From: Octopus vulgaris
Lineage: Eukaryota
NCBI GenBank assembly: GCA_951406725.2
Contig: OX597814.1
Coordinates: 168,330,001 to 168,394,000 of the forward strand
Direction of reading: 5' to 3'
DNA length: 64,000 bases
A program made the translations under genes and the position numbers. The notes beneath the pieces are model-generated. The model did not search any database, was not told where the DNA came from, and saw nothing but the letters and a program-made list of their open reading frames with translations. Shown here piece by piece: positions 1-12,584 of this stretch (its first letter is position 1; each line of letters starts with the position of its first letter).

Positions 1-352
1 TCAGTCTCTAGCGCATGTGCATGAGGGAACTTCCTTATGCCTTTCCAGAAGGTTCCAACCCCGCACATGCACACTGAAGAAGGACGTTCTGCACACGCAC
101 ACTGAAGAATGACTTGCGTGTGCGCACACTGGAATATGACGTCACTACATGCTAAAATTAATGCTTTTTTATCCACATTGTTTTGAACTAATCATGCATT
201 ATCTTGTAGCTATGAGATTTTGATGAGGTAGCTGTTAATTTTTAAAACGATATTGTAGGGTTGGTGTGAAAGACCAGATCTGGCCAATTTGAACATAAAA
301 CAGGCAGAATACTTTTGGCCGGATATGGCCGGTTTAAATGCTAATGGGTTAA
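1..352. mobile_element. Right end of a piggyBac-like non-autonomous element, with internal ~29-bp tandem units
   Basis: Ends in GGG followed by TTAA (346-352). Three GCACACTG(A/G)A units at about 68-135. The left end is outside the window. Confidence 0.5.
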
Positions 353-718
353 ATGATGATGATGATGATGATGATGATGATCTCTCCCACCTCTCTCTCT
401 CACATGGTTGTTGAGGTGTTTTTCAATGGAACATAACACTACAGCTCTGAAGTATAATATGCTGTTATAATAATGTTGCAAACGTTATTAGGTTGATTAT
501 ACAGAGTAACACAGAAGTCTTGTATGTAGATATGGACACCTAATTATTAACAATACTAACATTAGATCAATAGAATATCAAAGACTAAACAGACTTTTCA
601 TATCAAATACTGTTAAATAAAAGATATAGAATGAAACAAAAGTAGAGTGTGTATGTGTTGGGAAGGAGGTAAAATGATTGAGCAGAGTTGTTTGATTCGT
701 AGGTGCAGCTTTAACAAT

Positions 719-1300
719 CATCAACATCATCATCATCATCATCATTTAACGTCCGCTTTCCATGCTAGCATAGGTTGGATGATTTTGACTGAGGGCTGGC
801 GAACCAGATGGCTGCACCAGGCTCCAATCTTGATCTGGCAGAGTCTCTCTACAGCTGGATGCCCTTCCTAATGCCAACCACTCCAAGAGTGTAGTGGGTG
901 CTTTTAAAGTACCACCGGCATGGGGGCCAGTCAGGCGGTACTGGCAATGACCTTGCTTGAATCTTTTTACACATGCCACCGGCACAGGTGCCAGTAAGGC
1001 GATGCTGGTAACGATCACGCTCGAAAGGTGCCCCTTTGCATGTCACCAGCACGGAAGCCAGTTAGCTGCTCTGGCAATGATCATGCTTGGATGGTGCTCT
1101 TGGCACCCTACTAGCACGGGCACAATTGCCAGTAAGGCTACGCTAGTAACGATCACACTTGAATGGTGCCTTTTATGTGCCACTGGCACGGAAGCCGGTT
1201 AGCCGCTCTGTCAACGATCACACTCGTATGGTGCTCTTTGCACCCCGCTAGCACGAATGCCAGTCATCGAATTTGATTTTGATTTTGATTTCACTTGCCA
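719..1300 (-). mobile_element. (GAT)n-tailed SINE-like retroposon (family A) with 5' ~60-bp tandem units
   Basis: Same body (GGAGTGGTTGGCRTTAGGAAGGGCATCCAGCTGTAGA...CATGGAAAGCGGACGTTAAA(TGA)n) as the copies at 12753, 23059, 36120, 39124, 49488 and 56713. Confidence 0.85.
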
Positions 1301-2071
1301 TGTTTAAGTTTATAAGCTTAACAGTTTCCCAAATTCAATGAAATCCTTGTATTATGAAAGGCATAAATGGTTGAATAGAGAGATACTGGGCAACTTGTTT
1401 AATGATAATAATGGTGGCTTGTATGAGCTGATGACTGGGCTGATTTCTAAAATAAATAAATTTGATTAATCAACTACTTAAGTATGAGCTAATGAGGAAG
1501 CCTGGGACAATGATAGATCCTCTTTCATTCTACCTTCTAGAAAAAGTAGCTGAATGTTATTCAAATCACCTTTTTTTAAAAAAAAAGGGAAAGAAAGAAG
1601 GAGACAGTGGATAATGTAATTGTAGATGCAATATGTTTGAAAAAAGATGGAATGATTTTAGCACAACAACCTTTGGCCATAGGTCTGCTGTATCAACTGA
1701 CTTGGAGCTAAGCAATAATAACTAAGGATTTAGGAGAGCAGTAAATTCTAACAGGACCCAGAGGTCTTTTTTTCACAAAGTAATCATGGTTGTAATAAAG
1801 ATATCTCAAAAACATTGTTGCAACAATATTGTATTGTAGGCCTTACAGCTTATGTAGATAGTTACATGCAAGCTAACATAATGTAGTGAGCTGTACAAAA
1901 AATTTTAATCAATAAAAATTACAGCTGTAATAATAAGGAAAAGCATTTGTTGTTAATGATGGCTTTTGACAAGGAATATAAAGGAGAGAACTTTGGAATT
2001 TAAATTGATTAAAATTAAGTGGATACACATAGTGGGGAGTGAGTCTGACTTTTGGTTAGTATAGTGACAAC

Positions 2072-2110
2072 TTTGGACATGTTTCGGTCTTACTAGACCT
2101 CCTCAGCAAA
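2072..2110 (-). ncRNA. Minimal type I hammerhead ribozyme motif (PLE type)
   Basis: Minus strand reads TTTG CTGAGGA GGTCT-agta-AGACC GAAA CATG TC CAAA: complete core, 5-bp stem II, 4-bp stem I, palindromic stem III. Confidence 0.8.
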
Positions 2111-2537
2111 TTATAGTCTAACACATAAATACCAGATCTTAGACTGACTGAGAGGATATAGTTTTTATATTAGGATTAATCAGTGTCATTTAAAATAATG
2201 ATATTGGAAAATTTACCAAGAATGCCTTATGCATGAAGGCTACATAATTAGGTGCAGACTAATATGCTTAATGTAGTGACTTGTGGTTTACTCTAATTCT
2301 AATCTCAACTCTAACCCTAATCCTACTCAAATACAATCTAGTACAAATTATAGGATATCTGTGCAAATATGCTTGAATTTGGAAGACAGCATCCAGAAAA
2401 AAGAGAGATGAAGTGTCTAATAATCTAATTTTCAAGTTTTATAGAAAATAAAAAAAGAAAAAAAAGGGGGAAAGAGGGTATTGGGAAGAGTATTTTCTTG
2501 ATGTACTAAAAGTTTGGCTTTTGTCTCTTTCTTCCAG

Positions 2538-2635
2538 GTGGAAAGATTGTCTGAGACTGTGTGATGCTCTTGGCACCAAAAATAATTGGGAGGTTGTAGC
2601 AGAAGCAGCTCTAAGAAACCTTGAAATTGATGAAG
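2538..2635 (+). CDS. WDR19: WDR19 exon (window exon 1): WKDCLRLCDALGTKNNWEVVAEAALRNLEIDE
   Basis: Acceptor ctttcttccag, donor G|gtact. Resembles WDR19 ...WNELGRACLHHMEVEF and is in phase with the next exon. Confidence 0.88.
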
Positions 2636-4419
2636 GTACTGTACTTTTTGGTCATCCCTATTTCTTTCCGTTTATTACTTAGTTTGTCTGTTGTTGTTAA
2701 TGATGGTCAGGGACATCACAGTAGAAAAGAAAATGGGTTACAGTGTGTCTGGCTGTGGCTGATCAGTCTTATGCGTGCTTTGGGGAAAACTTTGGTCTAA
2801 TTTCATAAACTTTTTGGGAGGCAATTGTAAAATTGTTGGTCATTAAATGTCTGTGTAGTAGCAATTGACTGCTGCTATGCTGGGACACCACATTGAAGGG
2901 TTTAGTTGAACAAATCAACTCCAGTACTTATTTTTTAAATCTGGTACTTATTCTAACTGTCTCTTTTACTGAGTCACTAAGTTGCAGGGACATAAATCAG
3001 CACTGGTTGTCAAGCAGTGTGGAAACACACTCACACATATATATATATATGATAGGCTTCTATAGTTTCCACCTACCAAATTCACTCACAAGTCAGTGGA
3101 TGGCCTAGGTGCTGCATAGACGAACTGAACTCAAAACCACGTGGTTGTAAAGTCAGCTTCTTAAGCTGGGAACTTTTTAATATGTATTATGAACTGTTTA
3201 TTGCCATGTCAAACGTGTACAACTGAACTCTTGCCATATACATTTGTTAATACTAAACCATTGTCATAGCAGACCTTTATAATAACCCAACCAGTGTCAC
3301 ATCAGCTCTTATGATTAAATCAACCAATTTCATGTTGTATGTCTGTTATAACAAAACTTGGCCAATATGATTGTCTTTAATGAGAGACAAATACAATAAC
3401 CAAAAGCTGTACTATTAATTGAACATGCATCAATGGCCTAGTGGATAAAAATGTTAATGCTATTAGTTTAGGAATAGAGTTACTTGTTTGAATTCGGACT
3501 GGTACACAGGAATAAAACAATTGATGACAAGTCAAACCCTAAGGTAAATATTTATTTCTTTATTGCCCATAAAGGGCTAAACATAGAGGGGACAAACAAG
3601 GACAGACAAAGGGATTAAGTCGATTACATCGACCACAGTGCATAACTGGTACTTATTTAATTGACCCCGAAAGGATGAAAGGCAAAGTCAACCTCGGCGG
3701 AATTCCCTAATGTAAATATTAAACATATAATGTTTATATCTATATTTTTGGATGATTGACTCTAGAGATGGAGTTAATAGCTTAAATTATATTATGTATG
3801 TAAATGTATGAATAAACGGTAAATCTTTAAGCAGATAGGATGTCAGTCTATCATCTAATATAAGAAATGTGAATATCAGTGTGTCACACTTTTCAAACTT
3901 CACTCCTAAAGGCCATAGCCCAACATATCACACCATTTTGGAATTAAGCTGACTCCATGAGTAAATTAAAAACATTCTGAGCTGAATCCAGATCCGCCAT
4001 CCTAAAATTTTGGATTCTGAAGTTTTCATTACTCTGATTGCTTTTGGTAATTTATTTACGTAACTTTTTGCGATGAATTTTTTTGTACAATAACAATTTT
4101 TAAAACTTGGAAATAAATTTTGGGAATAATCGAAATTAATTGCAAAATCCAGCAATCATTTTTGGTGATTTTTTTTTTATGTGATTTTTTGCAATGAACA
4201 TGATCATCATTGGGATATGACTCTGGAGGAAGCTATTGCAACAAATTCTCCAAAACAAGTCAGAGATCTGTTTGCAGATCTTCCTATTCAGGGTCAGTAG
4301 ATTAAAAGCTAGTACGTAATATTCATAGATAATCTGGCACCTATTTCAGACAGTTGGCTGACCTAGGGTAGTGCCCCAAAGCAAAACACAATATATGTAG
4401 TGGATTTGACCTCACATCA

Positions 4420-5340
4420 TCTCTTATTATAAAAGGCAGATTTTATCTGCCTCCCTTTGTCTCTTATAGAAATCTACAATATAGGATTTCTTCAATTACA
4501 ATTTACCTAGCATTTTTAAGAGTAGAATAAATCGGGTCGTGCCAGGTCCAGTTTTTCAAATTTCAACCCCAATTAAGCAAAATTTAGAGAAAACTCACAT
4601 TGTGGTGTGTTAGTCAAGTGCTTTTCTTAGTGTGGGCTACAGCACACGCACACACACACACAGAAACGGAGCGATCTGCTTCACTGATGCTATCACCCTA
4701 ATTTCTCCTCCTGTCTCTTTGCAAGTGTGCAACGATTAAAGTGAAACTATTTCTATAAAACGAGAGAAGTGTACCTTAAACCACTACTAAAAAAAAAAAA
4801 AACACAGTAAACAGAAACAAATAAATACATAACGATTTACTCCTCACACAATTTCTTCAATTAGACTTTACCTATGATTTTTCAAAGTACTTCCATTCGG
4901 TCATGCCATACAAAATTTCTTTCAATTTCACCCCCAATTAAGACAAAATTCGAGAAAACTCAATATTTTAACATTTCACTCCGAAAGCATTGATGTACAT
5001 GTGTGCGTGCGTGAGTGTGTGTGTGTCATTCCTCACACACACGCATACACATACATATATGACAGTGACAAACACAAACGTTTCAAACAACTACATACAA
5101 ACACATGTGTATTTGTTATTAGTAAAAAAGGCGCCAAACACAACTCACTTCTCATTCCAACACATTTGCAAAAACACACCGACGGTCGAATTGCTATAAC
5201 AATACAGAAAAGGTAAATTGGTTTTTAATTTACTTTCTGTCGTTAAATTTTGGTAGTATTAATTGGCGAGCCGAGCTTCTTTCAGTATATATTTATACAT
5301 ACATAAATATATACACATATTCTGTATATATTTTATTATA
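4420..5340 (+). mobile_element. Helitron-like non-autonomous element, family H2, 5' part
   Basis: Starts A|TC followed by TCTTATTATAAAAG. About 550 bp is an inverted copy of 6625-7158. The 3' end is not identified. Confidence 0.55.
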
Positions 5341-5356
5341 TAATTATATATAGATA

Positions 5357-5871
5357 CTAGCAGTATCGCCCGGCGTTGTTCGGGTTTGTAAAGGAAATAA
5401 CTATATAAGCATTTTTAGAGTGTTACTTCCCTTATAGGTGCCAATTCGGGCTTTCTTAGCCATTTCTGTTTTGGCAACTTCAAGCCATGAAGTCGTTGTT
5501 CTAAAAGAACGCTGGTCTCCTTGACAACGCATTACGACGTTGATTTCCTTACACTCCCTTCCCCACAGCTTCACGAGGGAGGGAAGAAGGGGGGAAAAGC
5601 AACACAGGTGCAGGTGTGACCATGGACGCCAACTCCGCCGCCATCGACACACGAAAAAATATGCATTAAAATGGAATAAAAAATGATGTTAAATTATTTT
5701 TAAAATCGTAGACTCATCGTAGACGCGCGCTAATACTCAGACGGGCTCGATATGAATCACGACTATAAGATACCCGAATTTGGTTAAACTGCACCGCAAA
5801 ATGTGGGAGTAGTTAGGAATCTAAATCGAAGGGGACAGACACTCACACAACTACAGTTTTATATATATAGA
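5357..5871 (-). mobile_element. Non-autonomous Helitron, family H1
   Basis: On the minus strand: 5' A|TC start, 3' GC-rich hairpin CCCGAACAACGCCGGG, then CTAG|T. Homologous to 7328-7716. Confidence 0.8.
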
Positions 5872-5872
5872 T

Positions 5873-6390
5873 ATTTTCGTCCTAAAAAACTTTGTATGGA
5901 TTGAATGGTTACCTCTATGGAAATATATACACGCACATTATACATACATGTGTGTATAGATGAATATATAAATACATTTAAATATCTATATACACTTTTG
6001 GGCGATCTTTCTGTTTCTTAGAGATAACTTTAGATCTTATTTTCGTCCTAAAAAGCTTTGTATGGAGTGAATGGTTACCTCTATGGAAATATATACACAC
6101 ATGTTATACATACATGTGTGCATAGATGAATATATAAATACATTTATATATCTATATACACTTTTGGGCGATCTTTGTGCTACTTAGAGATAACTTTAGA
6201 TCTTATTTTCATCCTAAAAAACTTTGTGCGGAGTGAAAGGTTACCTCTATGGAAATATATACACACACATTATACATACATCTGTGTATAGATGAATATA
6301 TAAATACATTTAAATATCTATATACACTTTTGGGCGATCTTTCTGCTACTTGGATATACTTTAGATCTTATATTCGTCCTAAAAAACTTT
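5873..6390. repeat. 166-bp tandem repeat, about 3.1 copies
   Basis: Unit starts ATTTTCGTCCTAAAAAACTTTG at about 5873, 6039, 6205 and 6370. Confidence 0.9.
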
Positions 6391-6395
6391 CCTGT

Positions 6396-6408
6396 CACAC
6401 ACTCACAC

Positions 6409-6487
<79 letters not shown>

Positions 6488-6533
6488 CACACACACACAC
6501 ACACTCACACACATGCACACACACACATACACA
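6396..6533. repeat. (CA)n microsatellite
   Basis: Read directly from the sequence. Confidence 0.95.
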
Positions 6534-6624
6534 CGTTAGCTTACAATTTTATTTATATATTTGCGTGTCTATGTGTGTAAAGAGGAAGTGGGAATGCAGA
6601 GTGAAAGAGTGAAAGAGTGAAATG

Positions 6625-7158
6625 GTAAAATATTTAGTTTTCTCGAATTTTTTCTGAAATGGGGGTGAAATTGAAAGAAACTTTGTATGCCATGACCAAA
6701 TGGAAGTACTTTGAAAAATCATAGGTAAACTCTAATTGAAGAAATTGTGTGAGGAGTAAATCGTTATGTATTTATTTGTTTCTGTTTGCTGTGTTGTTTT
6801 TTTTTTGAGTAGTGGTTTAAGGTACACTTCTCTCGTTTTATATAAATACTTTTACTTTAATGGTTGCACACTTGCAAAGACAAAGGAGGAGAAATTAGGG
6901 TGATAGCATCAGTGAATCAGTTCGCTCCGTTTGTGTGTGTGTGCGTGTGTGTGCTGTAGCCCACACTAAGAAAAGCACTGTGAGTTTTCTCTAAATTTTG
7001 CTTAATTGGGGTTGAAATTTGAAAAACTGGACCTGGCACGACCCGATGTATTCTACTCTTAAAAATGCTAGGTAAATTGTAATTGAAGAAATCCTATATC
7101 GTAGATTTCTATAAGAGACAAAGGGAGGCAGATAAAATCTGCCTTTTATAATAAGAGA
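6625..7158 (-). mobile_element. Helitron-like element, family H2, 5' part (inverted copy of 4420-4975)
   Basis: The reverse complement matches 4420 onward apart from small indels, and has the same A|TC start. Confidence 0.6.
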
Positions 7159-7327
7159 TATGTATATATAATTGCAGTATGAAACAGTGTTTATGTATAA
7201 ACAGACGACACTTTTAAAAGGAAAACCAAAAAATATTTTATTCTTTATAAATGTTGTGTTCAAAATAACATTTTCTTTTAAGAATGTGTATATAACAAAG
7301 TATGTGTATATAACTACGTGGCTTATA

Positions 7328-7716
7328 TCTTTATATATAAAAGTGAAGTTATGTGTCTGTCTCCTACGATTTAGATTCGTAACTACTCCCACATTTTGCG
7401 GTGCAGTTTAACCAAAAGCGGGTATCTTATAGTCGTGATTCATATCGAGCCCTTCTGGGTATTAGCACGCGTCTACGATGAGTCTACAATTTAAAAAAAA
7501 TTTACCATCATATTTTTCCATTTTAATGCATTTTTTTCGCTATTATATAAGGGAAGTAACTCTCTAAAAATATCTACGATGTGTCAACGATTTAAAAAAA
7601 AAATTTACCTTAATTTTTTTTCCATTTTTAATGCATTTTTTTGGCTATAACTCTCTAAAAATGCTTATATAGTTATTTCCCTTACAAACCCGAGCAACGC
7701 CGGGCGATACTGCTAG
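7328..7716 (+). mobile_element. Non-autonomous Helitron, family H1
   Basis: A|TC...CCCGAGCAACGCCGGG-cgatactg-CTAG|T, inserted at an AT dinucleotide with no TSD. Confidence 0.82.
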
Positions 7717-8144
7717 TATCAGATAAATAGTCAAATACCTTGTGCACTCAACCTTCACTTGTGAATATGGTGAGGTTCAAGCTGTCTATAAAAATTCCAT
7801 ATTGCAGGCCTTTTCAAGCCATGCTAGCATGGTGAAAAGATGTTAAATTATTGGTGCTGATGTTTGTGGTATTGATGGTGGTGGTATTGATAAGGGTGAT
7901 AGAGATGGTGTTGACAGTGTTGCTAAGGATGTCGGTTATGACAGTGTTGTTGAGGAATGTGCAGTGGAGAAAGAGGACAATCAAAAGGAACTCTTTTATG
8001 TAGAAGTTATGAAAGTCAAATTAAGCCAGGAGTAAGAAGAGCAAAAAGAATTTAAATGCTTGTAATTGTGCTGTTAGATGAATGAAACAGTTAAGAGTTA
8101 AAAGCTGACCTGTTCTCACATCCAATATCATCTGTCTATTGAAG

Positions 8145-8206
8145 CTATTGCGATCTATCGACAAATCAAATGCCCTGCTATGGTGATGGATCTGAAGGAA
8201 ATTGGG
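8145..8206 (+). CDS. WDR19: WDR19 exon 2: AIAIYRQIKCPAMVMDLKEIG
   Basis: AAG acceptor, donor GGG|gtaag. Matches [21 protein letters not shown] and is phase-consistent on both sides. Confidence 0.85.
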
Positions 8207-9854
8207 GTAAGATTTTTGCTACTTCAAATGTTGCTTAATGTCAAATGTCACATTGATTTGTTATATTATATTGAATGCTACGTAGCATGATTATCAAAGA
8301 GTCTCTATGTGAAAGCATGTTGAACGTTTGCAACATATTAATAATGTATTTATGATGCTAAATCTTACGGATCATATTATGTAGAAAGGAATAAGACAAA
8401 TAGGCAATATGCTGTATGGTAGATATATCCTAAATTGAAGGTGATGATGAAAGTGCACTTAACTATAGTTAGTCTTGATTAGAATTTGTCAGAACTATGC
8501 CTAATAAACATTCAATATGAGCAATGAGGAAAACATTGCTTGGTTGTTAACCTGTTCAAAATATATCAAATCTCCCTCAAACCACATCTTTTAAAAAATA
8601 GAAGAATACACTGCATAATGCAGGATTAGATACATTATGTCAAGAAAAGAAGAAAAAAAGAATGATAGGATGATTATAGCTGAAGTACATTTGATTAATA
8701 ATTTGCTCAATAGGGTTGGCTTGGTGATAAATAATACTGCCAACAGAAACAGTTACTATATGTTAAGAGCTTGTTTATTGACAGCTCAGAGATACATGTA
8801 GAAAGTCATGGGATAACATACAATTTTACTTGAAATCAATTATAAATTGTTGCCTTAACACAGGCTGATTCCCCTGACATGCCACTTTGAATGACTTTAA
8901 AAAAATAATGGAAATTTTCATATGGCATCTTCAATGTAGAGTAAAGACAGCTAATTTCTTTAGCTAACATTTCTTTATATAACTTTATCAGAGGAGGGAG
9001 GGCAGTAACCATGACCTTTTTCAGGCCATAACTGAGTGTACTCTGCTAAAGACACCAAGGGCCAGGTAGTGGTGTTGAACTGGGCAATAGATTAAGACTA
9101 CCATCTAAGAACAGGAACAGTCCTCCAGGCAAGTTTACTCACCATTCTCATTTCCCAAATTTCACTCTTAAGGTTCTTAACAACCTAAGGCTATGGAAGA
9201 TGTTTCGCTTTGGTGCCACATAGCAGCATTGAACCTGAGACCATGCAGTTGTGAAGCAAGTTTATTAACCCTGTAGTCATACCTGGACAAAGTTCAGAAA
9301 CAGAAGATGAATATTTCCCGTCTTAATATTTACTAATGATTCTGTCCCATTTGCCAATACATTGGTAGCTTATTGCAGCCAATACCAGCAAAACAGATTG
9401 TCAGTTGTCATTGATGCTCAGAGAATGGACAGTTACTCTGTTTCCTAACACAGTTCTATCATAAATGCCAACAACAAAACTGGCTAGGAGTTATTGGCTT
9501 GAATATGTAGAAATAGATTTAACTATTTATTTTGATTTGTGTGATAGAGTGTTAACATGACACTATGACAAAATCCAGCTACATGTCTATAAAGTGTTGG
9601 TACTTTGAAAAGCTGTGGTATAGTGTGAAAGTTTGGATCCCAGAGAGTAAACACTCACTACCTGTGAGCATATCATCTATAGTGTCTTATAGATATATAA
9701 GATAAGAATCAGCAACAACTGAATGCATAAGTATGGGAACAGTGTACCACTTTCTCTTTAGTATTAAAGCAATTAAAAGTTGACGGTGTCCCTTGCAAAA
9801 TATTTTACACATAGAAAGCACAGAAAAATGACAAACAGTTTACAGAAAGGTTTT

Positions 9855-10156
9855 GTTTGTTCCTTCTCGAGCCATGCCTGGCTCATAAGGGCCAGTTTCC
9901 CAGTTTCTTGGCATATAGGTTCTCCACCTGGACGGGATGCCGATCTGTTGCAGGTGAATTGCAAGATGCAAGAGGAAAGAGTGAGAGAAAGTTGTGGCGA
10001 AAGAGTCAGCAGAAGTTCACCATTACCTTCTGCCGGAGCCGCGTGGAGCTTAGGTGTTTTCGCTCATAAACACACACATCACCTGGTCTTAGATTTGAAC
10101 CCACGATCCCTCGACCGCGAGTCTGCTGCTCTAACCACTAGGCCATGTGCCTCCAC
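9855..10156 (-). mobile_element. tRNA-derived SINE, family C (GTGGAGGC head)
   Basis: Minus strand has A box TGGCCTAGTGG and B box GGTTCAAATC. The body is shared with the copies at 42263, 52890 and 54757. Confidence 0.85.
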
Positions 10157-10321
10157 TTTACAGAAAGGTGGAAAATCATGTGCTTGTTGACCTATTAGAT
10201 CTCTTATTAGTTATGTGTACCTTTCACTCTATATTCGGTAAATGTGTGGCTTGAGTGCTTAACTGGTAATTGTACAGAAAAGTTTCTGATGAGGAACCAG
10301 AGCTATCTACTGATGTTGAAC

Positions 10322-10555
10322 CAATGAGAGAAGCCTCTATGTAGTTGCTTGACCTGGTAGAAGTAGTTGTCAAATCCACCTCAGATCACTCACTCTACTG
10401 TTGTATGTAGAGGAGATAATGCAGTCCTGGATACACAATTACTGCATAAAAAAACCCCAAAAAAACAGAAAGACAAGAAAATCAAGGATGAAATACCTTT
10501 GATCATATGTCTGCTTGCTCAAGGTTGATCTGGAGCTAAACAACAGCAATATCAA
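10322..10555 (+). repeat. Old dispersed repeat with a (CAA)n-like tail (representative copy)
   Basis: The AATGAGG.AGCC...CTAGAAATAGCAGCCAAATCTCCCTCAAATCAC...GGCTAAACAACAAC consensus recurs near 1490, 8520, 31310, 31640, 41590 and 58790 (+) and near 51410, 51700, 55130 and 61640 (-). Confidence 0.65.
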
Positions 10556-10761
10556 CTGCTCTGATGACTCGTTGTACCAGACAGAACTTTATAATACAGA
10601 TTTCATATAGGTGCATAACTGATTTTAATGTTCAAGAAATATTAGGATTAGACTGCAATTGGAAAATAAAACTCCCCAAAATATTGACATCCACTGTAGT
10701 ATTTAGATATAAATGTTTAAACATGTATTGAGACATTATTTATGTATTTATTTAATCACAG

Positions 10762-10872
10762 AAAACTGAGGAATGGAATCTATTAATTGGTTATGTTGCC
10801 ATGATTCTGAAAGAGTTCAATTTGGCACAAGAATCATTCTTGTCATCCACTCAACCAAAAGAAGCTTTAGAG
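10762..10872 (+). CDS. WDR19: WDR19 exon 3: KTEEWNLLIGYVAMILKEFNLAQESFLSSTQPKEALE
   Basis: cacag acceptor, GAG|gtaaa donor. Matches [35 protein letters not shown]. Confidence 0.93.
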
Positions 10873-11302
10873 GTAAAAATCCTTTCCCTAAATTGATGTT
10901 CCTATGCAAATTTTTGCCCGTTTTTATTCCTAATTCCTAACATTCTGGACTTTACTGTTGCTTTTCTTCAGAATTTAATATTCTTTTCTACTCTAAGCAT
11001 AAGGCCCGAAATTTTTGGGGAGGGGGCCAGTCAGTTAGATCAACCCCAGTACTTAATTTATTGACCCCGAAAGGATGAAAGGCAGAGTTGACTTTAGCAG
11101 AGAACTTAATATTAAAACAATATTTAATGGTTTCTTCTTTGGAGTGGATTTACTTAGTCTGTTTGGAGGTCAATATTTTGATAAAGCATCTGGTTAATAA
11201 TGGTCAACAATGTTGATATTTAAAGACTGCATCACTTTAACTTAAGATTTTTAACAACAGAAATTGTGGGAGAAATTAACAGAAATTAACAACAGAAATT
11301 AA

Positions 11303-11715
11303 AGGCAGTGAGCTGGCAGAAATGTTAGCATGCCGGGCAAAATGCTTAGTGGTATTTTGCTTGCTGCTACTTCTGAGTTCAAATTCCGCTAAGGTCGACT
11401 TTGCCTTTCATCCTTTCGGGATCGATTAAATAAGTACCAGTTATGCATTGGGGTCAATGTAATCAACTTAATCCGTTTGTCCTTGTTTGTCCTCTCTGTG
11501 TTTAGCCCCTTGTGGGTAGTAAAGAAATAGGTATTTTGTTTGCTGTTACGTTCCCAGTTCAAATTCCGCCAAGGTCGACTTTGCCTTTCATCCTTTCGGG
11601 GTCGATAAATTAAGTACCAGTTACGCACTGGGGTTGATGTAATTGACTTAATCCCTTTATCTGTCCTTGTTTGTCCCCTCTATGTTTAGCCCCTTGTGGG
11701 CAATAAAGAAATAAG
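11303..11715 (+). mobile_element. Tandem dimer of SINE family B (Meta-domain-like)
   Basis: Two consecutive copies of GTCGACTTTGCCTTTCATCCTTTCGGG.TCGAT.AA.TAAGTACCAG, which resembles the MetaSINE central domain. Confidence 0.8.
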
Positions 11716-11874
11716 AAATTGTGGGAGTGTCTAGCACCATTTTATGTAGAGAATTTGGATTTCTGATTATCTATACAACTACAACGATTGAGATTAATGT
11801 TGTTCAAAAAAAGCAAGATAATATTAACGCAGTGATCTAGTTGCAGCTGTTGCTGCTGTTTTTATATGGTAATC

Positions 11875-11917
<43 letters not shown>

Positions 11918-11939
11918 GGAGAGGAAGAGAAGGAATAGT

Positions 11940-12490
11940 GCACATGATCTTTTCAGGTCTGTCTAGGCTATCAGTTGGCACATCTGTAGGTTGATGTCTA
12001 TGGAAAAAATGTAGGCAAGTTAGAATTCTCCATGGTTGCATTTCTGGAGAGGAAAGATTGGATTACATGTTTGATGTTGGGGTAGGAGGGGTTCAAAGAA
12101 AGGAGAGAGATGTAGGATGGATATAAGCCATTGTAATGGAAATATTAAGGATAGAATGAAGAAATTGTGTCTATGAACTTTTGATTAAAGTATGTTGGTG
12201 ATTGAATCTTTGCAGATCAGTCAAATGGCTTTCTTTTAAATGCAGTTTAGATGTTTAAGTATAAATCATTATCACTCTCTCATTGATGTGGACAGTATTC
12301 TAACATGGATCTTTATTGGGTTTTGTAGAGGGTTAGCAAGTCTCTCTTTATACCATTGATGATATCAGAGAGAAAGGCAAAGGTCAATATTTAACTGAGA
12401 CACACAGGATGCTTGCAAAGAAGTTTAACGAAATTTTGATGGATCCAGAGGTAACAACTAAATGGTTCATTGTAAGAAAACCATCTTAAT
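11940..12490 (-). mobile_element. Highly decayed LINE ORF2 C-terminal remnant (Jockey/CR1/L2 group)
   Basis: One minus-strand frame gives LLTLYKTQ*RSMLEYC, like the LYKxLIRPxLEY motif. Boundaries are approximate. Confidence 0.4.
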
Positions 12491-12584
12491 CTCTAAATAT
12501 ACAGAAGCAATGGATCCATAACATGCTTCATAAAACCTTCAAAGCCTAGTTTGCAATTATATTGTAGAAATTTGAATAAACATC

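Noticed and set aside
8131-8144. Possible non-canonical or U12 splice site at exon 2
   Set aside because: The acceptor is a weak but legal AAG, and the upstream donor is an ordinary GT without the U12 consensus.
10286-10330. CTGATGA words here and near 1428, 10561 and 46394
   Set aside because: There is no stem II and no correctly placed GAAA, so these are not hammerheads.
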